In this document: one piece after another, positions 1 to 10,933 of the stretch
Layout of the letters: the number at the start of each line of letters is the position of its first letter
How positions within the stretch are numbered: position 1 is the first letter of the stretch
From: Phoronis australis
Lineage: Eukaryota > Animalia > Phoronida
Direction: 5' to 3'
Length of the DNA: 64,000 nt
Assembly (NCBI GenBank): GCA_002633005.1
Contig: NMRA01000161.1
Coordinates: 692,803 to 756,802 of the forward strand
Made by a program: the position numbers and the translations under genes
The notes under the pieces: generated by a model
The model's input: the letters and a program-made list of their open reading frames with translations, nothing else
Database searches by the model: none
Told to the model about the DNA's origin: nothing

Positions 1-319
1 TTTTGAATTCTTTATAGTGCCATTTCGCTGATAACATAAAGTTTCACCCACAAGATGTCTTGAACACTCGCTTGAATGCCAAGCGTCTACATATCAGATT
101 AAGTTGAGAGGTGTTCGAGATGTTTTAGGAAGCCAAAAGCACTGCCAAAAAGTTAAATCACTGAAACAGTACAATCCTGTTGTCAGTTATACATATTTTA
201 ATGCAAAAGTCCTTATTGCTAGTTACGTGCTAGGGCTACATACACTGCGGCATCTTGACTTTGAGTTACATTGTCACATGTCAATCATGAACATAACCTT
301 TGACCCTTTGTTTCTATAG

Positions 320-379
320 AATGCTGATGATGAGTGCAGTGATGATGAAAACTCTGACGACGATCTCGATGACACTATG
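320..379 (+). CDS. TRIP12: TRIP12 exon (acidic stretch NADDECSDDENSDDDLDDTM); gene continues upstream of window
   Basis: tttctatAG acceptor, GTAAGT donor; resembles the TRIP12 acidic linker before AAxF...RHRLQF. Confidence 0.8.
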
Positions 380-559
380 GTAAGTACATCGCTTTCATTA
401 TGACACTATGGTAAGTGCGTCGCTTTCATTATGCCACTCACTGTAGTTCTCGGCAATAGTTTGTTTTCGTTTTTGGAGTATTTATTTTGATACAGCTTTT
501 ATTAGCATGCCTTATACCAACTCGTCTGTACAAAATCATGTCCTGTGAAACTTGTACTG

Positions 560-1310
560 TCTTCACTATACCACACCTCACAACTATTTTATCTTCATGA
601 AGCGTGTTGTATCTGTCTTATGCAGTGCTTCACGCAACCATCATTAAATGTAGTGTTCACAGGGTAAGTTTACCATGTGACTACCTGAATGCATGTATTT
701 ACACTGGTGGTACCGTTGCGCCACCTGTTGAATTTCAAGCTCCCCATTTAATCTAGAAACAGTTATGAATTGTTTGGATCTAAAATTAATTTCACTGTCA
801 GAATATGTTCAGGTCAATTCTATAACCTACCAAACAAAAAGCAAGACAGTATAATTTTTCTGCTGTCATACAGATACAGTTCTCCACTTAAGTGCTACAG
901 GTTAGGGCTTGTTGAATGTATTCCAGACTTCCATCTTCATCGCACTGTACCTTAAAGATTGTTAAACTTTCATTGTACAATACCATTACATCTTCATTAT
1001 ATATTACCCATCCATCATCAACTATATTTCATGCTGCCATCTTCACCACACTACACCTTAAAACTGTTATAACTTACTGCACAGTACAATTACATCTACA
1101 TTATACAATATTCATCCACCATCGACTATGCTCCAGGCTGCTATACCTCAAAACTTGTGTATCTCTGGTAGGTTATACCATAACATCTATATTGTACAGT
1201 ACCCATTCACCATCAACTCTATTTCAGGCTGTCGTATTCATCATACTACACCTTATAATTATTGCATCTCTATGTTGTGTTATATCCATCTACCATCAAT
1301 TCTATTGTAG
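560..1310. repeat. Degenerate intronic tandem repeat (recurring cttcacyayactacaccttaaa...)
   Basis: Similar blocks at about 561, 935, 1041 and 1237; explains the spurious ORFs at 916-1392. Confidence 0.55.
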
Positions 1311-1507
1311 GCGGCTGTCTTCATCACACAAGGCACAGCTCGTCACAAACTGGAGTTCTTGGTGGGTGACCACGTCCTCCCGTACAATATGACCGTCTAC
1401 CAGGCAATCAAACTCTACAGTCATGGCCAGTCTTCAGAGGACACCGACACAGACTCAGAGAACCCACTCGGCCATGCTGGCATTTGGGTGCAGACTCATG
1501 TTATCTG
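1311..1507 (+). CDS. TRIP12: TRIP12 exon (AAVFITQGTARHKLEFLVGDHVLPYNMTVYQAIKLYS...NPLGHAGIWVQTHVIW)
   Basis: AG/GT boundaries; conserved LPYNMTVYQA and NPLGxAGIW motifs. Confidence 0.93.
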
Positions 1508-2576
1508 GTAGGTGTGTGGGGATTGAGGAGTATTGGGAAAGGTGGACTTTGGGGCAATGAATTGTGGGACAAGTGACACATCATATTTAATTATTGGTAC
1601 TGATCTTTTAAGATTATGTAGGACCCTAAAAATTCCAAATTTCGCTATCTTTGGAGCATCATATAAGAAATGGCTGATCGTATTCATATGAAACTTTCAG
1701 CTATTAACTTTTATTCTCCAAAACACTGTTCAATGTTCCACTTTTGCATGAGGGTCTATCAAAAATATGACTGATTTTTATGAAAAAAATTATAATTGAT
1801 CATGCCACTGCACTTTTCTTTTTTTACTAAATTTTACTATTAAAAGAGAAATGTTCATGTGACCCAATTAATGGCAGTTTGGTATTAAGTCAAAACTCAT
1901 ATTCTGCAAGCTTTCAGCTTTCAGAAAATATAAAATACTTTTACTGAGTTAAAACCTACAGTTTTCTAGGTATTTGGATAAATGTGCAGACTTGCCAATG
2001 AGGTCCCACATAAGCTGCTGTAGTATTCATCTTTAGTGGTACAGTAATAAAGCCACTTAGTGATCAAACCTTCTTGTCAATATTGATAGTTTTGATCTAG
2101 TACACAGCTTGTTTTAAAAAGAAAGTTGAGCCTGGTTGGAAAATTGTCAAGTCTGACTTACTGAAGTCCCCTCTCCAGTGCACCATAAATACTTTTACTG
2201 AGCCATTTCTCCCAACCCAACATTTTGCTGATTGAAAAGCAGTTTGATGTTGCATCTGTCTCAGGTCATGTTTTAGAGAATATTACTTCACAAGTAAGCT
2301 GTCCCTCAACCTGTTGCTGCTGGAGAAAATGTCATTGGTGGTTGTCTGTACACAGTGAGTCACAAGCCTGTGTTTGTCCTACTATTCCACTGTTTACCAC
2401 CAGGTACCGACTAACCTCAAATAGTGACACAGCTAGTGCTGCTAGAAACAGTGAGTCACAAGTCTGTGTTAGTCATACTATTCCAATGTTTACTGTTAGG
2501 TGCCAACCAGCCTCCTACAGGGACAAAGTGAGTAACAAGTCTGTGTTAGTCATACTATTTCACTGTTTACCATCAG

Positions 2577-2698
2577 GTACCGGCCAGCCTCCAATAGTGA
2601 CGCAGCTAGTGCTGCAGGACAGTCTAGTCAGAAGAAGAAGTCGGAGTCTGGTCGCAAGCCATTTTCCAAGTCCAAGAAGGGAGAAGACCTCTGGCATG
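2577..2698 (+). CDS. TRIP12: TRIP12 exon (YRPASNSDAA...KKGEDLWH)
   Basis: catcAG acceptor, GTAATC donor; phase 2 to 1 fits neighbours. Confidence 0.85.
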
Positions 2699-2999
2699 GT
2701 AATCATTTGCAGTGTATCTCCTCAGTACATAGTTGTCATTTTAACTGTTTTGAATTTTTCTTCACTTGTTTGTATTCAGTTCAGTTTTCATTTGCACTCA
2801 GATGTTCAGGGTGTCTGCGTCATTTCAGATGAAGTGAGCATCATAGGCTTTGTTGTTACCTGTTATGTTGTTCCTTTAATGTATAATACCTTGAGCTTAG
2901 ACAAAGTGGCCGTAAATTGACTATTGACACTCGACAAAGCCGAGTGATGTCAGGTGAGCGATACTGACTAGGTTTTGTCTTCATTTTCCCCAGCAGTTT

Positions 3000-3330
3000 T
3001 CTATCATATGTACACCTCGTTTACTCAAAGTTATGGCGACTTGGTGAATGAAAAGACAGAGGTTACATACGGAGCTGCTCTATGCCCGGCAGGAGATTCA
3101 ATTTGAGTGACAACCTTGTAACCTTTGACCTTGGAGAAGTAGTAAACAAATTTTCACACGGTTGTGCGATTCCAAGGTGGTTTTGCAAAGTCTTTTTTTA
3201 TCGCTACACAGTGTATATTTCGTATTTGAAGTGCCCCAAGAAAGACTATAAGGTGTTTTGCTAGACATATATGAAATACAATTGTAAAAATGTCCAATTT
3301 TTGTGACAAAGGTTTTGAGATATCCTTAAA
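3000..3330. mobile_element. Dispersed DNA-transposon-like repeat, second copy at about 50330-50670
   Basis: Collinear similarity catatgtacacctcgtt...gtaacctttgacct...tccttaa in both places. Confidence 0.7.
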
Positions 3331-3365
3331 TTAAGACTTAATAATAGTTACTGTTTGTCTTTCAG

Positions 3366-3517
3366 ATGGTGTGTGCCCCGCTATATCTATGCCACTGGAC
3401 AAGTACTTATCAACCAAACTGTCTGATCTGGTCACTGTTGGTGACCCCTCCCTGGAGGTGCTGGGCCTAATGAGGCTGATCCATGCACTCAACATGTACT
3501 GGGGGTCCATGTACGAG
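3366..3517 (+). CDS. TRIP12: TRIP12 exon (DGVCPAISMPLDKYL...DPSLEVLGLMRLIHALNMYWGSMYE)
   Basis: AG/GT boundaries; conserved DGVCP and DPSLxV motifs. Confidence 0.92.
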
Positions 3518-4259
3518 GTAGGCACACATTTGTGGGGTTGGGCTGGTTGGTACCGATGGTTGTATAATTCCTTTCTCAGTTTTATGTAAAGGCTGTAGGC
3601 TCCCTTGACAGTGTTAAAATCAATAACTTTCGATTTAGAACGCTTCAATATAAGATTGTTCACAATTTCCTTCACTTGGATTAAATGTGATATCCGATCC
3701 TTGGCAAGAACTAAATTCTAGATGCGATATGCTGAGGACTGAATGTAATGAGTTGGAATTCACCGTAAATTGATGGGCTCGTAATTTTATTTGTGGAAAT
3801 TAATAGGATTGGAAATAGCCTGGTATCATGACCAAAGGGTGTATGTTACTATTATTTGATATATTGGGACTTTAAAATGCAGTGTATATGTGTTCTGACC
3901 TTGATAATAGTTTGACTCTTCCACGGTGTTCCAGCTGATAATTTCATGTACGAACAGTCGCGGAAATGACCTATTCGCAGCCATATTCCTTTCAACACAT
4001 AAAGTGACAAGGCCTTCTGAGTTCAGTCTTCGTAAACAACAATTTGTTCATTCTGAGCTCAGACATCCCTTCTCTTCTGAGTAAGGTGCAAGTTTCCACC
4101 AGTTCTGTAGTGGAAAGTGACATAACTCAAACACTAGGCTGTGTTTTGGTTTGGATAGTCGTCAGTGACGAGTGTTTGACATCTGTCAATAATTTTTTCC
4201 AACATCTAACATTTTCTGTGTTTCCATATTGGCTACATAGCCTTATTTTTGTGTTCCAG

Positions 4260-4402
4260 ACCAGCTCATACGAACCGATCATGTCGTGCAATGAGTTTCT
4301 CAGTAGTAAACTGACTGCCAAGGCTAACCGCCAGCTGCAAGACCCTTTAGTCATCATGACAGGCAACCTGCCAACATGGCTGCCAGAGATAGCATCCGTC
4401 TG
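4260..4402 (+). CDS. TRIP12: TRIP12 exon (EFLSSKLTAKANRQLQDPLVIMTGNLPTWL)
   Basis: Diagnostic TRIP12/Ufd4 motif KLTAKANRQLQDPL; ccAG / GTGAGT. Confidence 0.96.
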
Positions 4403-5129
4403 GTGAGTCACTTAGTATTCTTATGATGTACTTTTTGTTATTTATCAAATCGGGGAATACAAGTCATGAGTTATGTTGAACTTTAGTGAGATAATGTGGC
4501 GTTTGTTTGATCTTATTGAGTTTTAGAAAGTGTCAGTGTAATGACTTGGCTAACGAAGTTCCAACACACAAAACTGCTAGTAGATATTGGTTTCTGTTTT
4601 TCTTGAATCCTTTTCAGTTCTAACAAAATCTCGTCAGGAGTAGCTCAACACACTTTGTTGAAGTCGTGTCATATTACTTTGTAAGTTTTTTCACAAATGC
4701 ATAATCAATGGCTAGGTGCAATAATGTCTCATTAAAGTCTTGACTTGGTTCGACAAAAATGTTATTTTAATGGCAGTGACAAAACTTCGACTAAACTGCC
4801 AGTTAATTTTGGTTACCAGTTCATCTGAATTCTGACCTTCACCTAACATATCATGTAGTTTCTAGATGATAAAGTATATTTTGTGGTCTATGCACAGATG
4901 TACGCATTTGTAATATTAAGTGAAGAACTCCTTACCCAAAACTCACCCTCTATCCTTTTTAATGTCTTATATCGTGTGAGGCAATGTTTTATTTCGACCT
5001 TTTGTTTTATTCATGACACACGTCAGATGCTGTTAAATTTCAGATCTTCAAACCTTCCCTTACAATCCGTTTTTGCTCTTTTTTAACTGATCTATTCCAC
5101 ATCCTTTAACTTTTGACCTTATGTTGCAG

Positions 5130-5286
5130 TCCTTTCCTGCTGCCTTTTGACACGCGTCAGATGCTGTTCTATTCCACATCATTTGACCGTGACCGCGCCA
5201 TGATGAGGCTGCAGCAAGATACAGTTCAGGATACGACCAGCGCGGATGGAACTGATCGCGTCGCCCCGAGGTTGGAGAAGAAAAAG
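5130..5286 (+). CDS. TRIP12: TRIP12 exon ([28 protein letters not shown]...[10 protein letters not shown])
   Basis: Conserved [10 protein letters not shown] / FDRDRAM; AG/GT boundaries. Confidence 0.95.
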
Positions 5287-5726
5287 GTGTGTAATAGTCT
5301 GAAGAGAAACTTGTCCATTAATCTGATGTCTTGACCATTGCTCTTTGATAGATAGGATGATCAAATTAAATTGGCCTCCAATGTAGTCACAAGGGGGTGG
5401 GCTAGGGAGGTGTGTGGGGGCGCTTTGCCTGCCATGTTTCTTCATTGTTTCAGTTACTGATGTTGTGCAGGTGTTGCCTGTATGAACGTGTCGAAATCAA
5501 ATCTTTTAAGGTGACATCCTAGCAAAATGAACACATTTCTAGGAAATCAACTGTTTTAAAATCTGGCAGTTTTGGTTTATTTTGTTTTTTGCTGTCCATT
5601 TAACTCTGCAATGGACTCCCATAATATAAAAGCTTGGAATACAGTAATTTTCTAAAATTTCATAGATTAAGTCGCAGATTAGTTCTTTTGTTCGACTTGT
5701 TTGACTTGTTTACTTTCTGCTTCCAG

Positions 5727-5940
5727 AAAACTGTGTCTCGGGAAGATCTGCTGAAGCAAGCGGAGAAAATAATGGAGGAGATGAGTAACTCAAAGGCCCT
5801 ACTGGAGGTGCAGTATGAGGACGAAGTCGGTACGGGGCTGGGGCCAACGTTGGAGTTCTACGCGCTGGTCTCTCGGGAAATCCAGAGGTCCGACCTGGAG
5901 ATATGGCGGGGAGAGCCAGTCAAGATGAACAACGTGGCCG
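5727..5940 (+). CDS. TRIP12: TRIP12 HECT exon ([30 protein letters not shown])
   Basis: HECT N-lobe signature [13 protein letters not shown]. Confidence 0.97.
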
Positions 5941-6493
5941 GTGAGTTGCTGGTGGTCACGTGTGTGAAATGTGGGTATGATAGTACCCGCATGTCATGCT
6001 AGTTTTTCTACTCATTTTTGTTTAGTTCTCGACTCAGTGCACTTTAAGTCGCCTTTGCTCATCTCATTTAACGCACACTTTTTGTTTCTCCCTTGACATT
6101 TGTTCTTCAAGATTTGGCATGCTTAGTGGCAATAGTTTTTGTGGTTCCAGCAGCAATAGAGTTGTTTTTATGTAGTGCCTCCTCTTGGTGGTCGTATGGT
6201 ATTTGCCCTTGATATTAACAAACCTATTTATAACTAGGTTACATCACCTACAAACAGTAATGTACAGCTAATAGTAGGGTGTGCTATGTAAAAATTGTTT
6301 TATTGGACTCTTGTCAGTTTACGATTTCAAGAGCTGCTGGTTTTGAGATTAATTATGAAAAAACGTCATTTCAAGAATATTTTGTCTTTGATATGTTAAG
6401 GATAGAGACCCAATAGTTTGCAAATATGAAAATTATCTTGAGATTTAAAAAATGTTTATCATTTTAATAACTCTTTTCTTGCCATTTGTTCAG

Positions 6494-6648
6494 GCTGTAA
6501 AGATGACGTGGACTACGTGTTTAGTCAGACAGGCCTGTTCCCTGCCCCTCTGCCTAGGAATGCCAAAGTCGGTTTGGTAACCAAGGTCAAGGCCAAATTC
6601 AGGTTTCTGGGCAAATTCATGGCCAAAGCACTCATGGACTCCAGAATG
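6494..6648 (+). CDS. TRIP12: TRIP12 HECT exon (GLFPAPLPRNAK...KFRFLGKFMAKALMDSRM)
   Basis: Translated by hand; conserved FRFLGKxMAKAxMD; cAG / GTAATT. Confidence 0.95.
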
Positions 6649-7281
6649 GTAATTAATAGTTGTTGAACTGTGATGGTGTCTGTGGTTGAGTATTTAAACA
6701 ATGGAGACTGCTTGCACTTGGTTTTCATTGAGTTGAATAGCTTACCTTTCAATATCATTTTAATATTGTTGGTTTGAACGTGACACTCCCATTTGAGAGG
6801 CTTGAGTTCAAACCCTGACTATACCGACAGATAACTGGGTATTGCACATTCGTGCTTCCTGGCTTTTCTGCATGCTTATTAGTGGGCCTTAGTGGTGGGT
6901 CTCAGTGGCAGGTCTTATTGGTGGATCTTGGTAGTGAGTGGATGTGAGAACCCAGATAAATGAGCGAGTGATTTTCAGGATATGTAGAAATCTGCATTCA
7001 GGCAAAAAATCCCCTTCAGACTGATTTTGATATTGACAGATCAAATTACATAGTGGGCTACTTGAAATTCAGCTGGGGGTGCAAGCGAGAAAACTGTCTT
7101 GGCTGAGTAAATGAAGGCATTCAGGTCACTTAGGTGCCTCATCCCACAGAGGCCCCCATGCTGGTTAGCCGATTTCTCTGTCAATCTACTCCGGGGCTCA
7201 AAAGAGTGCCCTTTGTTCATTATACTATCTTGTGAATATCTAGTTTCTTCGCATTCTCACCTTTTTCACTCCATTGTGTAG

Positions 7282-7446
7282 GTTGACATACCGCTCAGCC
7301 TAGTGTTCTACAAGTGGATGGTGGGCCAGGAACACGCCCTGAACATTATGGACTTGCGCCATGTGGACACAGTTGTAGCCAAGTCACTCGCTCAGCTGGA
7401 GGATGTGGTGCGTCAGAAGAAGAGGATTGAAGTCGACAAGAGTCAT
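7282..7446 (+). CDS. TRIP12: TRIP12 HECT exon ([18 protein letters not shown]...DKSH)
   Basis: AG/GT boundaries, 165 nt, phase 0. Confidence 0.93.
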
Positions 7447-7951
7447 GTATGTATTATTGTGTACCAGGGGGCGTTGTGGTCTCATGGGATATGTCAGTGA
7501 AGTAACATGCAAGGGAAACAGTAATTGTTATTCACCATCATTCTAGCTTTGTGGTGATGAGGGTTTGGGCAGTCATTTTGAGTGATGTGTCCTACTGATA
7601 GTTGCCCAGGGGTTGTATTACGTTATTCCAAATAGACTGAAAATTAGAGGGGAGGAAGGTTTTTTCGGGAATCATGATCCGGCCCTTTTTGTGGCTGTCA
7701 TTGCGGAAATGCGGGTGATAAATGGAGATTTATTGGGACTGGGATCGAAACGAATTTGACATTAGGGATCAGGGAAATGGGACAGAAAACCTTTGAACTG
7801 GGAATGGGACTTCCTTTCCTCTTTCAAATTACCAGAATTGTTGCATTCACCTGTGTCTTGGTGTTTTAGTTGATGTTTGTTTAATTGTTTGTTTGCCTTC
7901 AAAACTATGCACTCTGCAGTGGCACTGTCTGGTATTAGTTTTGTTTGTCGT

Positions 7952-8304
7952 GCTATTATGTAATTACTTTTATATATAATTAGCTAAACAGATCATATTG
8001 GGCTATTATGTAATTACTTTTATATATAATTAGCTAAACAGATCATGTTGGGCTATTATGTAATTACTTTTATATATAATTAGCTAAACAGATCATGTTG
8101 GGCTATTATGTAATTACTTTTATATATAATTAGCTAAACAGATCATGTTGGGCTATTATGTAATTACTTTTATATATAATTAGCTAAACAGATCATGTTG
8201 GGCTATTATGTAATTACTTTTATATATAATTAGCTAAACAGATCATGTTGGGCTATTATGTAATTACTTTTATATATAATTAGCTAAACAGGTCATATTG
8301 GGCT
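7952..8304. repeat. 50-bp minisatellite, 7 near-identical copies
   Basis: Unit gctattatgtaattacttttatatataattagctaaacagatcatgttgg. Confidence 0.97.
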
Positions 8305-8348
8305 GTACAGTGGTCATTTTATTCACGCTTGATTGCTCTGTTTCACAG

Positions 8349-8513
8349 ACGACCGAGAGTCGCCGCCTTGCCCTGGACAGCCTCACTATGGATGGTTGTA
8401 GTGTAGATGACCTTGACCTTGACTTTGTCCTGCCCGGCTACTCCAACGTAGAGTTGAAGAAGGGTGGTCGTAACATAGCTGTGACGTTAGAGAACCTAGA
8501 GGAATATCTCAGG
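8349..8513 (+). CDS. TRIP12: TRIP12 HECT exon ([36 protein letters not shown])
   Basis: HECT motif LDFxLPG...ELKKGG; cAG / GTAAGA. Confidence 0.95.
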
Positions 8514-9180
8514 GTAAGATGGGCCGGGTTGGGTTTACTATATCATTGCATTGGCATCGAATCTGGTGTTCATGAACAGTGAAAAGGGGTTAAAACTCAT
8601 GGAAAATAAGCAAAAAGCCATCATTTCATGAGTCATGTTGCTAGTTCATGTGTTTACTCATGATTGGGTGCAGTCATTAGAAGAAGTTCTATATCTTTTC
8701 TAATTGTTTAAACCTAAGTCAGGCAGCCACGGTTCACAGTCACGGTGACCTACAGTGCTGGGGGCCAACTGCGGTGATTGTTGATGAAATTGGCTGCATT
8801 AGTTTTGTTTAACTCTAAACTGTGGGTCGCAGTTGATCCAGAGTGGATTATATGTACTTCTGCGACACTACTGTAGAACTGCCCAATGACCATAGTAGGG
8901 GCAACCATAGCCACTAAGTAGTTAGTGACAATGACGAATGTTGGCAAAATGTCATCTGCCTGTATTTATTCAATGTCTTGTGAGCATTTACCATGGAATC
9001 TATGCTCTTGCCAAAGCAGGGTGGTTTTAGAGTAATGAACTACCGGTGGGAGATATCGTGGACATGACTGTCATAGTCCAGGTTAGACTTGAACAGTGTA
9101 GACTCCAACCTGACCGTGCATAAGCACATGAACTTGGGATCAAAAGCACATTCCACCAACTCCGTCTATTTTGTTTTCAG

Positions 9181-9294
9181 CTGGTCGCTCATTGGACCCT
9201 GGTGGAGGGAGTGGCCAGACAGATGGAGGCATTCAGGGAAGGATTTGAGTCCATATTCCCTCTCATGTCTCTGCAAAGTTTCTATCCACACGAG
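9181..9294 (+). CDS. TRIP12: TRIP12 HECT exon (LVAHWTLVEGVARQMEAFREGFESIFPLMSLQSFYPHE)
   Basis: Translated by hand; HECT motif AFREGFESxFP. Confidence 0.95.
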
Positions 9295-9781
9295 GTAATA
9301 TTCCATTACTGTTCTTGGCATTGTTCTTAAACTTGAAGGTGGTAGAGTTGCACGTGTAACAAACGGTTGACAGTGTCTTGTGTAGATACTTCTGGCCTCA
9401 CAAGATATTTGTATCCTCAAAGCCCTTCTTGTTTGTTCATTTTCTATTAATAGCACCACTCATCAGCCTCCTAGGCTCCGACACGTATTCCTATTCTTGA
9501 ATAGACTTGTTGAGTGTTGTTTTCAACCCAGTTCGTGGAAACTGCAGACATTTATAAATTTCAACACCAATTTGGTTCTGCCCCATAAGTTCTTGGTGAA
9601 TGACAAAACAGATTTCTTTAAAAAAAGAGGTATATCAATGATTGGCTGTGAAGTCCCCTAATCGTTCACATTAAGAAATTGTTGAGAAATACTAATAGGT
9701 AATCTGAATGGATGAATGTTTTCCAGAAATTATTTTTGTTGTTGTATGTATTCAAGCTGCCTTGTTTGTTGCATATTTCAG

Positions 9782-9980
9782 TTAGAGCAATTGTTCTGTG
9801 GCAGCACCAATGAATTATGGGAGACTCGGACTCTGATCGAGTGCTGCCGTCCCGACCACGGCTACACGTTCGACAGTCGTGCTGTCAAGTTCCTGTTTGA
9901 GATCCTCAGCGCGTATAACACAGAGGAACAGAGGCAGTTCCTCCAGTTTGTCACCGGCTCTCCTAGACTTCCTGTTGGAG
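9782..9980 (+). CDS. TRIP12: TRIP12 HECT exon ([22 protein letters not shown]...[14 protein letters not shown])
   Basis: HECT C-lobe motif [15 protein letters not shown]. Confidence 0.97.
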
Positions 9981-10736
9981 GTGAGGGATTATGGTCAATA
10001 TTCGCTGTGCAGTTACACCTTAGGGACTCTCTTCCCTTTATTTTCACCAGTTTAGAAAATGAAAGGAATTTCATCAGTCGAGAATCGCTACTAAAATAGT
10101 TGCATTTGGTAAATAACAGACTTCCATGTATATTGTGTTTTTTATTGGCAAGTCATAGGAAGTGATGTTCATTGCCGTTCAACTGTGGCGGCCATATTGT
10201 TGGTGCACCACCAGACATTCAAATATTTTGAAAATTCCATATTTAAGACGTCTGATTACGTGTGCATGTTGAATGAGCGTTACTTGGTTAAAAGTTTTAA
10301 CTTGATGAATTTGTTGTCAAATTTCTTTTTTTTTATGAATTTGTTGTCAAATTTCTTTTTTTTTTTTGAAGTTTTTACCTGAAAGAAGTGGAAAAGTGTA
10401 TTTTGAAAAGCGCAAGACAGTGAAACATTGAATTAGAAACATTTCACTTACAATCTTTTCAACAGAGTTGCAATAAAAGTTACATAAAAAGATGGCGCTA
10501 TTGCGACGTGTTGTTGAATGGTATTAGTCAGTGCTGTGTAATACTTTAATTTTTTGTGAATTTGGGAAATTAGTACTTATGTTATTGAAAAACTTTTGTA
10601 AATATTATTTGTGTATCTTGGATATGATGTTCTTACTTCAAACAACTTTCAACTTTTGCATTTCATTTGATGGAGAACATTCATGTAATATGACGTTTAG
10701 TTGTGTTCTTTATGTTGCCTAATGTCCCATTTGTAG

Positions 10737-10933
10737 GTTTCAAAAGCCTGACACCACCATTGACGATAGTTCGGAAGACATTCGAGTCAACGGAGAACCC
10801 CGACAGTTTCCTGCCCTCTGTCATGACCTGCGTGAACTATCTCAAACTGCCCGACTACTCCAGTGCGGAAGTGATGCGTAGCAAGCTTCAAGTGGCTGCC
10901 AGCATGGGACAGTTCTCTTTCCACTTGTCATAG
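10737..10933 (+). CDS. TRIP12: TRIP12 terminal coding exon ([18 protein letters not shown]...SFHLS*)
   Basis: Catalytic Cys motif [16 protein letters not shown] and C-terminal SFHLS; TAG at 10931-10933. Confidence 0.97.

Noticed and set aside
916-2920. 158-aa and 231-aa plus-strand ORFs
   Set aside because: They arise from low-complexity intronic repeats overlapping true exons in the wrong frame.
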